Shown here: positions 1-9,865 of the stretch, piece by piece
Layout: each line of letters starts with the position of its first letter
How positions within the stretch are numbered: position 1 is the stretch's first letter
Assembly (NCBI GenBank): GCA_943372245.1
Contig: CALRXX020000019.1
Span: 4,435-68,434 of the forward strand
Reading direction: 5' to 3'
Source of the DNA: a bacterium
GTDB taxonomy: Bacteria > Pseudomonadota > Alphaproteobacteria > Caulobacterales > Caulobacteraceae
Length of the DNA stretch: 64,000 nt
Notes under the pieces: generated by a model
What the model was told of the DNA's origin: nothing
Database searches by the model: none
Seen by the model: the letters and a program-made list of their open reading frames with translations, nothing else
Made by a program: the position numbers and the translations under genes

Positions 1-123
1 AGCCCCATCGCCGCGTCCGCCGTCAGCCGCGGGCGCAATCCGCCCACGCTCATCCGGCCGAAAATGAACCAACCCGGTTAAGAGAAGGCCCAACGCCAAC
101 GGTTAACGTGATCGCCGATCGTG

Positions 124-1989
124 TCAGGTCTCCCAGCCGCAATCCTTGCCGCGGTTCTGGACGGTCAGCCAGGCGTTCAGGGGGGCGAAATAGTCCGCTA
201 CGGCCGAGGCGTCATTCTCGCGCTGGCCGGTGAAGGCCTGCATGGCCTCGGGCCAGGGGCGGGACTGGCCCATCTCCATCATCGCGTTGAAGCGCGCGCC
301 CACCTCCTTGTTGCCGTACACTGAGCAGCGGTGCAGCGGCCCGGTCCAGCCGGCCTGCTGGCAGGCCGCGCGATGGAACTGGAACTGGTAGATGTGGGCC
401 AGGAAGTAGCGGGTGTACGGGGTGTTGCCCGGGATATGATATTTCGCGCCCGGATCGAAGGCATTGGCCGGGCGCGGTCCCGGCGGGACCAGACCCTGAT
501 ATTTCAACATGTTGGCCGACCAGGCGTCATTGTATTCCGCCGGGCTGGTTTCGCCGCTGAACACGCCCCAGCGCCAACGGTCGACCATCAGGCCGAACGG
601 CAGGAAGGCGATCTTGTCGAGCGCCATCTTGAGCAGGAAGGGGATGTCCTCCGCCTCGCCCGGCACGGTCTGCAGCAGGCCGATCTGGTTCAGATAGGTG
701 GGGGTCAGGGCCGAGAGGCCGATGAAGTCGCCGATGGCCTCGTGGAAGCCATCGTTCGCCCCGTTCTTGAACAGGAAGGGCTGATCCTTGTAGGCGCGCT
801 GGTAGTAGTTGTGCCCGAGCTCGTGGTGGACCGTATAGAAGTCCTCGGCATTGACCTCGGTGCACATCTTGATGCGGATGTCCTCGAGGTTGTCGAGGTC
901 CCAGGCCGAGGCGTGGCAGACCACTTCGCGGTCGCGCGGACGGGTGATCTGGCTGCGTTCCCAGAAGGTGTCCGGGAGTTCGGCCAGACCCATGGAGACG
1001 TAGAAGCCCTCGCCGGTCTCGACCATCCTGCGCGCATCGTAGCCCGAGGCGACCAGCCGCTCGGTCAGGTCATAGCTGGAGGCCCCGCCGGTGGCCGGGG
1101 CCACGACGTCATAGATGTTGCCCCACTGCTGCGACCACATATTGCCCAGCAGGTCGGCGCGGATCGGGCCATGGTCCGGCTGGACGGCGTCGCCGTAGCG
1201 GGCGTTGAGGCGTCCGCGGACGTAGCAGTGCAGGTTTTCGTAGAAGGGTTTGACCTGTTCCCACAGCCGGTCGGTCTCGGCGGCGAAGGCGTCCGGCTCC
1301 ATGTCATAGCCGGCCCGCCACATGGCGCCGGTGTCGGCGAAGCCGAGCTCCGCTGCGCCCTCGTTGGCGATGGCGACCATGCGGGCGTAGTCCGGTGCCA
1401 TGACCGGCGAGATGGTCCGCCAGCCTTCGTACAGGGCGCGGGCCTCGGCCGGATCCCGGGTCGTGGCCAGCAGGGCGGAGGCCTCGTCGAGGGTGATCTG
1501 GCGGCCCTGGTATTCGAACTTGCCGACCGAATAGGTCGAGTCCAGCCGGGTGGTGATCTCTGCCAGTTCGGCGGCGGCGCCGGGACGGTTCGGGGCGGGC
1601 AGGACGATGCCGAGGCGCAGCAGGTTCAGCTTGCGGCGGACGTCGGCGGGGACCTCGACGTCGTTGAACTGGGCCGCGCCATTGGCCAGTTCGACCTGCA
1701 GTTCGGTGTATTCGGCGTTGACCCGGCTCTCCAGCCACATGGTGTCGTAGGTGATGTTGGTGGCCCGGCTCCACTGGATGCGGGCAGCCTCCTCGCTGAG
1801 GGCGGCGAGGCGGGTCTCGGCGTTGGCGACGAAGGCGGCGGCGCTTTCGGCCGTCGCGGGCGGCCGGGCCGAGACCGGCACGGGGACGGCCTCGGCGGTC
1901 TCGCCGGAGCCGGTCATGCCGAGGCTGGCGCATCCGGCCACAAGTGACAGGGCGCAGGCGGCGGCGGCCGTCATCAGGGTGCGTTTCAT
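124..1989 (-). CDS. M2 family (ACE-like peptidyl-dipeptidase A) zinc metallopeptidase, lipoprotein
   Basis: HHELGH zinc motif, downstream GANDGFHEAIGD, VCHASAWD and FDPGAKYHIP as in ACE; lipobox LVAGC. Confidence 0.93.
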   Translation of the reverse strand: MKRTLMTAAAACALSLVAGCASLGMTGSGETAEAVPVPVSARPPATAESAAAFVANAETRLAALSEEAARIQWSRATNITYDTMWLESRVNAEYTELQVELANGAAQFNDVEVPADVRRKLNLLRLGIVLPAPNRPGAAAELAEITTRLDSTYSVGKFEYQGRQITLDEASALLATTRDPAEARALYEGWRTISPVMAPDYARMVAIANEGAAELGFADTGAMWRAGYDMEPDAFAAETDRLWEQVKPFYENLHCYVRGRLNARYGDAVQPDHGPIRADLLGNMWSQQWGNIYDVVAPATGGASSYDLTERLVASGYDARRMVETGEGFYVSMGLAELPDTFWERSQITRPRDREVVCHASAWDLDNLEDIRIKMCTEVNAEDFYTVHHELGHNYYQRAYKDQPFLFKNGANDGFHEAIGDFIGLSALTPTYLNQIGLLQTVPGEAEDIPFLLKMALDKIAFLPFGLMVDRWRWGVFSGETSPAEYNDAWSANMLKYQGLVPPGPRPANAFDPGAKYHIPGNTPYTRYFLAHIYQFQFHRAACQQAGWTGPLHRCSVYGNKEVGARFNAMMEMGQSRPWPEAMQAFTGQRENDASAVADYFAPLNAWLTVQNRGKDCGWET

Positions 1990-2146
1990 GGGGCGTTCCT
2001 CCTTGCGCGGTCTGACGCCGCGTCGTTGGCCGCATCGGAGGCCAGCAGGACGGCAAGGTCAAGCGTGACGGTGGTTCTCGCCCCTTCGCTCAAGGACCTC
2101 CGCTGCGCGCCTGTGTGCTCAGGCCCTCACCTAACGGGAGAGAGGT

Positions 2147-2857
2147 CTAGCCTGCTACACAGGTGGCCAGGCCTTGCTCACGCACCGTGCCCATTGCGGC
2201 CTGGATGCGGGACGTGCGGCGGCGGATATAGGGGCCGGGGGAGGAGGCGCTGTAGCGGCGCGGGGAGGGCAGGATAGCCGCCAGCCGCGCGGCCTCGCGG
2301 GCGGTCAGGGCGTCCGCGGACTTGCCGAACCAATGTTGCGAGGCGGCCTCGGCGCCGTACACACCCGGGGCCCATTCGGCGACGTTGAGATAGACCTCCA
2401 TGATCCGCCGCTTGCCCCAGACGGTCTCGATGGCGACGGTGTAGCCGGCCTCGAGGCCCTTGCGGATCCAGTCGCGGCCCGGCCAGAGGAATGCGTTCTT
2501 GGCGGTCTGCTGGCTGATCGTCGAGCCGCCGCGGATGCGGCCCGAGCCGCGCTTCTCCGTTCGGGCGTTGGCCTTGAGGGCGCGTTCGATGGCCTTCATG
2601 TCGAAGCCGTTGTGGGAGCAGTAGGTCGCGTCCTCCGAGGCGATGACCGCCTGGACCAGCCGTGGCGAGATGTCGTCCAGCGAGCGCCATTGGTACGCCA
2701 GCCCCTCGCCCTCGACCGCGCGGCTGACCATCAGGAAGGTGGCCGGCGGAGCCACCCAGCGCTGGATGACGACGCTGCTGGAGCCGAGCAGGACCAGCAG
2801 CAGGAGCAGGGTCAGCACGGGGCGGCCCTTCTTCACGGTTCTGGTCACCCCTGACAT
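2147..2857 (-). CDS. mtgA: Monofunctional biosynthetic peptidoglycan transglycosylase
   Basis: GT51 motifs ASED..H.GFD, GGSTISQQTAKN, RKGLE, KRRIMEVYLN; N-terminal TM; start moved to ATG 2857. Confidence 0.93.
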   Translation of the reverse strand: MSGVTRTVKKGRPVLTLLLLLVLLGSSSVVIQRWVAPPATFLMVSRAVEGEGLAYQWRSLDDISPRLVQAVIASEDATYCSHNGFDMKAIERALKANARTEKRGSGRIRGGSTISQQTAKNAFLWPGRDWIRKGLEAGYTVAIETVWGKRRIMEVYLNVAEWAPGVYGAEAASQHWFGKSADALTAREAARLAAILPSPRRYSASSPGPYIRRRTSRIQAAMGTVREQGLATCVAG

Positions 2858-2895
2858 GGGGGGATGGCAGCACGGGCGGCGGTGATGGGCAAGCG

Positions 2896-3864
2896 TCAGA
2901 TGTCCGAGACGCCCGCGTTTCCGTCCTCGTCGGCCCAGGCGACGCGGCGGGCGTCGGCGCTCATGGCGAGGGCGGTGATCGGGGCGCCCTTGTCGGCCTT
3001 GAGGAAATTCAGCCCCTGACCCGCCGGATCGGCCAGCCAGACGCGGCCGTCGTTCAGACCGGCGGCCAGCACGCCATGTTTCGGCTGTGACGCGACGAGG
3101 GCGACCAGACTGCCTTCGTCGTAGCCGATCTCGGTGGCCTCGCGGCCCATGGGTCCGTTGGAGCCGACGAAGGGCCAGAGGACGGCACCCTGGGCCCCGG
3201 AGGTGGCCAGCAGCTGTCCGTTGGACAGGAAGCTGAAGGCCCGGACCCTGGACGGATAGCCGCCCATCCGCATGTTCTTCTGATCCTTCAGCCGCCAGCC
3301 ATGCAGCTGGGAATCCTGCATGGCCGTGACCACGAAGGCGCCGTCGGGCGAGAAGGTCACGGCGGTGTGCGACCCGGCCCATTTCAGGAAGGTCGGCTTC
3401 TGTTCGGCGATGCGGGCGAACCACAGGGCGGCCCCGCCATAGGTCGAGGTTGCGATCCGGCGGCCCTTCGGCTCGAAGGCCACGCCGGAGACGGTGCGCT
3501 CGTGCTGGAAATCACGCCGGAAGCCGGCGTCCTTCGCATCCAGGACGGTCAGGGTTTTGCCGGCCGAGAAGGCGATCAGGCCGCTCTCGGCGGAGGCGTC
3601 GACGGCGTCGATCCATTGACCCCGGGCGCTGGTGGCCAGCACGCCGGCATCGGCGGGCCGGTGCCAGATCAGGCGACCGTCGTCGCCCCCCGTGACCACG
3701 CCTTCGCCGGACGGGTGCGCCACAGCACACAGGATCGCTCCATCATGGGCGGCGCTGAACGCGCCGTCCTCGAAGCGGACCGAACCGTCGCCCAGGGCGA
3801 AGATCGCGCCGGTGCCGTCGAAGACGATGGCGGTGATCTGGGCGTCGAAAGAAGTGGACTTCAT
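2896..3864 (-). CDS. WD40-repeat beta-propeller protein
   Basis: Repeated H...V..VAF.P.G...T...D units; start at ATG 3864 overlaps the upstream gene's stop. Confidence 0.85.
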   Translation of the reverse strand: MKSTSFDAQITAIVFDGTGAIFALGDGSVRFEDGAFSAAHDGAILCAVAHPSGEGVVTGGDDGRLIWHRPADAGVLATSARGQWIDAVDASAESGLIAFSAGKTLTVLDAKDAGFRRDFQHERTVSGVAFEPKGRRIATSTYGGAALWFARIAEQKPTFLKWAGSHTAVTFSPDGAFVVTAMQDSQLHGWRLKDQKNMRMGGYPSRVRAFSFLSNGQLLATSGAQGAVLWPFVGSNGPMGREATEIGYDEGSLVALVASQPKHGVLAAGLNDGRVWLADPAGQGLNFLKADKGAPITALAMSADARRVAWADEDGNAGVSDI

Positions 3865-4307
3865 GCCGGGTGGCTCTCGCCGAAACCGGGCCCGGGCTCG
3901 GACGGGGCGCACCGGATCAGCCGGGAGTCGGCCACCGCGGCCTGGCGGTGAATGACGGCTGTCCGGTACTCAGGATCGCGCAGCATGGCACCGAAGGCCT
4001 CTCCCGAGGGGTACCAGGCGATGAAGGCCAGATGCCAGGTCTCGTCGTGGGGGCCGATCAAGGTCAGTTCCGGACGACCGAGCCAGATCTGCCGACCCCC
4101 TGACCGGGCAAAGGGCGGCGCGGCGGCGCGGCCATACGCGGCATAGGCCTGGGCCCCGGTCCGGGTCTGGGCATGGTCGGGATGATCGGCCGGATAGGCG
4201 GCCGTCTCGCGGAAGCGCAGCAGGTTGATCATCGCGATCGGCCGATCCGACGGCAGATCGCGGAAGAGAGCCATGGCCTCGCGGGTCGGATCGACAGAGC
4301 CGGTCAT
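3861..4307 (-). CDS. DUF1330-like protein
   Basis: [11 protein letters not shown]...YAAY, YPS..AF..M..DPEY motifs; ATGA coupling to cobW. Confidence 0.75.
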   Translation of the reverse strand: MTGSVDPTREAMALFRDLPSDRPIAMINLLRFRETAAYPADHPDHAQTRTGAQAYAAYGRAAAPPFARSGGRQIWLGRPELTLIGPHDETWHLAFIAWYPSGEAFGAMLRDPEYRTAVIHRQAAVADSRLIRCAPSEPGPGFGESHPA

Positions 4308-5371
4308 GCGGCGCAGCCCTCGAACCCGGCCTTCAGCGCGGCCTCGTCCAGCTCGCGGCCGATGAAGACGGCGCGGGACCAGCGGCGCTCGTTGGGCCCC
4401 CACGCCTTCTGCAGGTCGCCCTCAAGGATCATGTGTACGGCCTGGAAGACCAGACGACGGTCCTCGCCGCTGACATCGATGATGCCCTTGGCGCGCAGGA
4501 TGTTCTGGCCCTGCTCGCCCAGAAGCCGGTCGAGCCAGGCGGTGAATTTGGTCCCGTCCATCGGCCGGTCGAGCGACAGGGAAATGCCCTTGATGTCGTC
4601 CTCATGCGCATGGCCGCGCGCGCCGTGTTGATGGTCGTGAGCATGGCCATGGTCATGGTCGTGGTGGTCGTGGCCGCAGTGTTCGTCGTGAACGTGGCCG
4701 GCCTCGCCATGGGCCGGGTTGGCGAACTCCGGATTGATGTCGAGGATCCGGCCGAGGTCGAAACCTCCGAGGCCCAGCACCTGGTCCAGCGGGACGTTGG
4801 CGCGCTCGGCGCGGGTGATGGGGGCCAGGGGGTTGAGCTTGCGCAGGCGGCGCTCGACCTCGACCAGCCCGGCCTCGGTGACGAGGTCGGTCTTGTTGAG
4901 GATAATCCGGTCGGCGAAGGCGACCTGCTCGCGCGCCTCCTTCGAATCGTCCAGCCGGGCCATGACATGTTTGGCGTCGACCAGGGTGGTGACGCTGTCC
5001 AGCCGGGTCTTGGCCTTGACGTCCTCGTCGACGAAGAAGGTCTGGGCCACGGGGCCGGGATCGGCCAGACCGGTGGTCTCGACAATGATGGCGTCGAAGG
5101 CGGGGGCTCCGGGCCTCTGGCGTTTCATGAGTCCGGCGACGACCCGGATCAGGTCGCCGCGCACCGTGCAGCAGACGCAGCCGTTGTTCATCTCGAACAC
5201 GTCCTCGTCGGCTCCGACGACCAGGTCGTTGTCGATGCCGATCTCACCGAACTCATTGACGATGACGGCGTAACGCTTGCCGTGGTCCTCGGTGAGGATG
5301 CGGTTCAGCAGGGTGGTCTTCCCGGCGCCGAGATAGCCGGTGAGGACAGTGACGGGGATCTTGTCGGTCAT
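4304..5371 (-). CDS. CobW/COG0523 G3E GTPase metallochaperone
   Basis: GYLGAGKT Walker [23 protein letters not shown], His-rich linker, CobW_C (RAKG..FQAVH). Confidence 0.93.
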   Translation of the reverse strand: MTDKIPVTVLTGYLGAGKTTLLNRILTEDHGKRYAVIVNEFGEIGIDNDLVVGADEDVFEMNNGCVCCTVRGDLIRVVAGLMKRQRPGAPAFDAIIVETTGLADPGPVAQTFFVDEDVKAKTRLDSVTTLVDAKHVMARLDDSKEAREQVAFADRIILNKTDLVTEAGLVEVERRLRKLNPLAPITRAERANVPLDQVLGLGGFDLGRILDINPEFANPAHGEAGHVHDEHCGHDHHDHDHGHAHDHQHGARGHAHEDDIKGISLSLDRPMDGTKFTAWLDRLLGEQGQNILRAKGIIDVSGEDRRLVFQAVHMILEGDLQKAWGPNERRWSRAVFIGRELDEAALKAGFEGCAA

Positions 5372-5407
5372 GGCCGCTAGATGGTCCGTGGGGGGCGGTT
5401 TGTGAAG

Positions 5408-5502
5408 GAGGGATGAGGGATCAGGGATTAGAGCGTCGAACGGGAGGGCTGTCGGCGAGAGGGCCGTTCACCTCATCCCTCATCCCTCGTCCCTCATCCC
5501 TA
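5408..5502. repeat. Inverted heptamer tandem arrays (GAGGGAT)n / (ATCCCTC)n
   Basis: gagggat gagggat cagggat at 5408-5428; atccctc atccctc gtccctc atcccta at 5475-5502. Confidence 0.85.
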
Positions 5503-6474
5503 GCAGGCCGGGCAGTCCGCCAGCGGTGCCGCTTCCAGCTGCAGGGTCGAGTGGCCGATGCCAAACCGCAGGCGGATCAGGGCATGCGCCTCTTCCAGCA
5601 GGGCGGCGGCGTCGGGGCGGTCGTGGCAAAGGTGGGCGGTCAGGGCGGTCTCGGTGGTCGACAGACCCCAGACGTGGAGGTCGTGGACGGCGGTGACGCC
5701 GGGCAGGCCGAGGAGGACATCCCGCACCGCCTCGACGTCGATGCCGCGCGGGGCGGCGTCGATGGCCAGATTGACCGAGTCCTTCAGCAGGCCCCAGGTG
5801 CCGATCAGGATGACCGCCACAATCGCGATGCTGACCAGCGGGTCGATGATCGACCAGCCCGTAAACATGATCACCCCGCCGGCGATGACCACGCCGATGG
5901 AGACCGCCGCGTCGGCCATCATGTGCAGATAGGCACCGCGGGCGTTCAGGTCGCTGTGCTGATCGCGCATGAACAGCAGGGCGGTGCCGAGGTTGATGAC
6001 GAAGCCGATCGCCGCCACGGCCATGATCAGGCCGGACATGACCGGCGCGGGCTCGGTGAGGCGGCGGACGGCCTCGAAGGCGATGGCCCCGCAGGCGAAG
6101 ATCAGCAGCAGGGCGTTGGCGAGGGCCGCCAGTACGGTGGCCTTGCCGTAGCCGTAGGTCTTGCGGGGTCCGCTTGAGCGCCGCACCAGCCAGGCCGCGC
6201 CGCCGGCCATGGCCAGACCCAGAACGTCGGACAGATTGTGCCCGGCATCGGCCATCAGGGCCGTGGAGCCGCTGAAGGCCCCGGCCCCGAACTCGATGCC
6301 GACAAAGGCCAGGTTGACGATCAGGCCGACGGCGTAGCGCCAGTCGCCCGTATCGACCGGACCATGATGGTGCCCGCCGTGACCGTGGGCGTGTCCATGA
6401 TCGTGCCCATGATCGTGCCCGTGCGCATGGCTGTGATCATGACCGTGGTCGTGGGTGCCGTGAGCGTGCGCCAT
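5500..6474 (-). CDS. Cation diffusion facilitator (ZitB/CzcD-like) with His-rich N-terminus
   Basis: ALMADAGHNLSD, HMMAD, VHDLHVW motifs; N-terminal (HD/HG)n tract. Confidence 0.92.
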   Translation of the reverse strand: MAHAHGTHDHGHDHSHAHGHDHGHDHGHAHGHGGHHHGPVDTGDWRYAVGLIVNLAFVGIEFGAGAFSGSTALMADAGHNLSDVLGLAMAGGAAWLVRRSSGPRKTYGYGKATVLAALANALLLIFACGAIAFEAVRRLTEPAPVMSGLIMAVAAIGFVINLGTALLFMRDQHSDLNARGAYLHMMADAAVSIGVVIAGGVIMFTGWSIIDPLVSIAIVAVILIGTWGLLKDSVNLAIDAAPRGIDVEAVRDVLLGLPGVTAVHDLHVWGLSTTETALTAHLCHDRPDAAALLEEAHALIRLRFGIGHSTLQLEAAPLADCPAC

Positions 6475-6484
6475 GCCGCTATCC

Positions 6485-7144
6485 TTAGTGCGGGCGCAGC
6501 AGGACGAGAAGGCCGATGAGGATCAGGGCGAGGCCGAGGACCAGGCCTTCATAGCGGGCCCAGCGTTCCAGCCGCAGCACGGACCAGCCCGCCCGGGCCA
6601 GAACCGTGAAGAGGCTCATGCCCAACACCGTGCCGGCGGCGAAGGCCAGGGTCAGGGCGGCCAGCACCAGCGGCCCCTGGGTCGCCTGCGACAGATAGAT
6701 GGGCAGCAGGACCTCGCCGGGCGAGATCGCCATCATCGCCACCAGCCCCCAGAAGGCGGCGGCGTGCGAGACGGTCGGCTCGGACAGGGCCAGCGATGGC
6801 CCCCCGGCCATGACCGGTGCTCTCAGTACGGCCCGGATCAGGTAGTGGGCTCCGAACAGGAACAGCAACCCGGCCGAGGCCAGGGGCAGCATGCCGGATA
6901 TCCACTGGTCCATGGCGAGGCCGGCCGCCACGATCAGGGCACCGACGACGGCGGTGCTGAGAATGTGGGCGAGGCCGGCCGTGGCGACGGCCGTCAGCAC
7001 CTGCGGCAGGGACCAGCGTTGGCCGCGTCCGACCAGCACGAACGGCAGCCAGTGGGTCGGCAGGGCGGCGTGCAGGAAGGCCGTCACGAAGCCCACGCCC
7101 AGAAGGGACAGGATCACGGGCTGCTCGAGATCGGACGGCGTCAT
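6485..7144 (-). CDS. Integral membrane protein, putative metal transporter (NiCoT/UreH-like His motifs)
   Basis: About 6 hydrophobic segments, HAALPTHWLP and GLAH motifs; GGAG upstream of ATG 7144 (alternative start 7156). Confidence 0.65.
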   Translation of the reverse strand: MTPSDLEQPVILSLLGVGFVTAFLHAALPTHWLPFVLVGRGQRWSLPQVLTAVATAGLAHILSTAVVGALIVAAGLAMDQWISGMLPLASAGLLFLFGAHYLIRAVLRAPVMAGGPSLALSEPTVSHAAAFWGLVAMMAISPGEVLLPIYLSQATQGPLVLAALTLAFAAGTVLGMSLFTVLARAGWSVLRLERWARYEGLVLGLALILIGLLVLLRPH

Positions 7145-7160
7145 CGCCGTCTCCATAGCG

Positions 7161-7175
7161 TGTTACTTTATAACG
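7161..7175. promoter_or_regulatory. Putative Zur box
   Basis: TGTTACT-T-TATAACG versus proteobacterial Zur core TGTTATA-N-TATAACA (11/14), directly upstream of the metal cluster. Confidence 0.6.
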
Positions 7176-7206
7176 GTCGAGAGGCTTTTCCTCCCGACGG
7201 AGCGGA

Positions 7207-8667
7207 TTACTCGGTGAACGCCAGCGGCGTGCCGGCGGCGGGCAGGCAGGTCCGGTCGACCGGTTTGGACGGATCGCGCAGGAAGTCGCGGGCCATCCTT
7301 TGGGTGCAGGGGCTGGCGTTGATCACGCCGTGGGTGGCGTTGGTCACGATCACCACCTGGCTGTTGGCGTAGCCGCGCGCGGCGGCCTCGGTCAGGGGCG
7401 GGGGGCAGCCGGGATCGATCTCGGCGGCGACGAACAGGGTCGGGATGTCGGTCGTCACCGGCTGGTTCTCGAGCGGATCGGCGGCGCCGGTCTCGATAGC
7501 GCCGCAGACGCCGAACAGGCGCGACAGGGAGGGCACGAGGACCTCGGCCACAGGATCGCCACGGGCACCGGCCGCGAGGCGGGCGGCGGATTCGAAGGGC
7601 AGCTCCTCCTTGCAGATATAGGCCATGTGCTGGCCCTCGAAATAATAGGTACGGTTGGCCGCGATCCCGGCCACGGGCGACAGGTCTCCGGCGATGATCT
7701 TCTCCAGATCGGCGGGCAGGCTGCGCACGCCGGTGCGGGAGTAGGTGGTGTCCATCAGGAAGGCCGACAGGTCGTCGACGGTGAAGACCGCGCCGTCCCT
7801 GCCGGTCCGCGGCCCGGCCAGCCACAGGCGGGCGTTGGCTTCGAATCGGGCCTGCAGGTCGGGATGGAGCGCGGCGCAGGTGGGCTGGGCCTGGCATTTG
7901 GCGAGGATGATCTTCACCGCCGCGGAGACCTGTTCGGGCGTGCCGACGGCCCAGTTGCCCTCGGGGGGCCACGGGCTGTCCATGACGGCGGCGCGCACGA
8001 TTTCCGGGGCATGGGTGATGACGGCGGCCTCGACGCGCGGGCCATAGGAGCCTCCGAAGAGGTCAATCTTCGGCAGGTTGAGGACGTGTGCGAGGTCGCG
8101 GATGTCCTGGGCCACGGCGGCCACATTGTACCAGCGGAAGTCGACGCCCTGATCGGCGAATCCCCTGAGGCAGGCCTTCAGCCCCTCGGCGTCGGCGTCC
8201 GATGGCGGGCCGGCGTCGGTCAGCTGGACGCCGGGGCAGTCCATCGAGGGGGCGCCGCCGCCGCCGCCGCGCTGGTCGAAGAAGATCCAGTCCTGATCGA
8301 CGGCCATCAGAACATTGGCGTCGGGACGGGCGGCGAGGCGCTGAAGGGCGGGGCCCACGCCGGCGACCGAGGCACCGCCGGGGCCGCCGTGGAAGACGAC
8401 GACGGGCGGGAGGGCATGTCCGGCGGCGTCGCGGTAGGGCGCGCTGGCGCGGACGATGGCGACGGCGATGTCGATGCGGCGGCCGCCGGAGTTGTCGCGC
8501 GCCTCGTCGACCGTCAGCGTGCCGCACTCGACAGTCCGCCCGCCGACGACCCAGTCAGCCGGACAGGAGTGCGTCGTGAAGACGGGCTCGGCGGCCGAGG
8601 CGGGGGCTGGGACGGCGGCGAGGGCGGCGACGGCAAGGGCGCTCGCAGTCAGCAGGCGGGTCAGCAT
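7207..8667 (-). CDS. Exported alpha/beta hydrolase (TAP-like peptidase)
   Basis: Signal peptide, GGPGG, DQRG, GGSYG nucleophile elbow, C-terminal D-P and H-G. Confidence 0.85.
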   Translation of the reverse strand: MLTRLLTASALAVAALAAVPAPASAAEPVFTTHSCPADWVVGGRTVECGTLTVDEARDNSGGRRIDIAVAIVRASAPYRDAAGHALPPVVVFHGGPGGASVAGVGPALQRLAARPDANVLMAVDQDWIFFDQRGGGGGAPSMDCPGVQLTDAGPPSDADAEGLKACLRGFADQGVDFRWYNVAAVAQDIRDLAHVLNLPKIDLFGGSYGPRVEAAVITHAPEIVRAAVMDSPWPPEGNWAVGTPEQVSAAVKIILAKCQAQPTCAALHPDLQARFEANARLWLAGPRTGRDGAVFTVDDLSAFLMDTTYSRTGVRSLPADLEKIIAGDLSPVAGIAANRTYYFEGQHMAYICKEELPFESAARLAAGARGDPVAEVLVPSLSRLFGVCGAIETGAADPLENQPVTTDIPTLFVAAEIDPGCPPPLTEAAARGYANSQVVIVTNATHGVINASPCTQRMARDFLRDPSKPVDRTCLPAAGTPLAFTE

Positions 8668-8861
8668 GGAACCTTCTCCCTTGAAGCGCGCCAGTTGATG
8701 CCGCCCACCGCGCGGTGGCAAGGTGTTTCGAAGCCGCGCGGACGCTGTTTTTCGGCCATTTCGCGTTGACTCGGACACCCCTCTGCGTCTATGTCGCCGC
8801 TCTTCGCCCGAGGGGGTCCCCCGTCGGGCTTATTCTTTTTGCGTTTCGCTGAGGCTTCAAC

Positions 8862-9392
8862 ATGTACGCGGTGATCAAGACCGGCGGCAAGCAGTACCGG
8901 GTTCAACCGGGCGACGTCATTGTGGTCGAAAAGCTCGACGGCGAGGCCGGCTCGAACGTTTCGTTCGGCGAAGTCCTGATGCTGGGCGGCGATAAGGGCG
9001 TGACCCTGGGCGCTCCCCTGATCGCGGGTGCCGCTGTCGCCGCGACCCTGGTCGAGACCCGCAAGGGCGAGAAGATCAAGATCTTCAAGAAGACCCGTCG
9101 TCAGGGCTATCGCCGCACCAACGGTCATCGCCAGATGGAATCGGTCCTGCGCATCACCGGCATCGACGGTGCCGGCGAGAAGGCCAAGTGGGACGGCGAG
9201 ACCTCGCTGATGACCAAGGCCGAAATGAACCTGCGTGCCCGCGGCCTGGCCCCGCGCGTCGAGACGACCGAAGCCAAACCGGCCAAGGCCGCCAAGGCTG
9301 CCGCCGCTCCGAAGGCTGAAGCTGCCGCCAAGAAGGCTCCGGCCAAGAAGGCTGCGCCCAAGGCCAAGCCCGCCTCCACCGACGAAGCGTAA
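8862..9392 (+). CDS. rplU: 50S ribosomal protein L21 with Lys/Ala/Pro-rich tail
   Basis: MYAVIKTGGKQYRV, GHRQ. Confidence 0.97.
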   Translation: MYAVIKTGGKQYRVQPGDVIVVEKLDGEAGSNVSFGEVLMLGGDKGVTLGAPLIAGAAVAATLVETRKGEKIKIFKKTRRQGYRRTNGHRQMESVLRITGIDGAGEKAKWDGETSLMTKAEMNLRARGLAPRVETTEAKPAKAAKAAAAPKAEAAAKKAPAKKAAPKAKPASTDEA

Positions 9393-9419
9393 GAACAGTT
9401 AGAGACAGGGAGCAGACCT

Positions 9420-9698
9420 ATGGCTCACAAGAAATCCGGTGGTTCGTCGCGTAACGGTCGCGACTCTCATTCCAAGCGCCTCGGCGTGAAGAAGTTCGGC
9501 GGCGAGAACGTTCTGGCCGGCAACATCCTCGTGCGCCAGCGCGGCACCACCTTCCACCCGGGCGACAACGTCGGCCTCGGCCGCGACCACACCCTGTTCG
9601 CGACCGCCCACGGTGCCGTGAAGTTCACCAAGAAGGCGAACGGCCGTTGTTACGTGTCGATTCTTCCGGCCACCGAACAGGCCATGGCCGCCGAGTAG
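9420..9698 (+). CDS. rpmA: 50S ribosomal protein L27
   Basis: [21 protein letters not shown]. Confidence 0.98.
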   Translation: MAHKKSGGSSRNGRDSHSKRLGVKKFGGENVLAGNILVRQRGTTFHPGDNVGLGRDHTLFATAHGAVKFTKKANGRCYVSILPATEQAMAAE

Positions 9699-9767
9699 CG
9701 CAGACCGACTGACACCCGGATCGCGCAAGGCTCGAGAGCCGCGATCCGGACCAGGGACAAGTTTCCG

Positions 9768-9803
9768 CGGGGAGTCTGGATCACCAGGCTCCCCGTTTGC
9801 GTT
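9768..9803 (+). terminator. Likely intrinsic terminator after rpmA
   Basis: cggggagtctgg-atca-ccaggctccccg followed by a T-rich tail. Confidence 0.6.
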
Positions 9804-9865
9804 TCCCCGCCTCGACGCCGCCCGAGCCCTCCAAGGAGGCGGCAGATCGAACGAGGCAGTGTGTC

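Noticed and set aside
1-110. Possible minus-strand gene start at 53 with two TTAACC half-sites upstream
   Set aside because: Only 17 codons are visible and the half-sites lack N7 spacing, so neither can be supported
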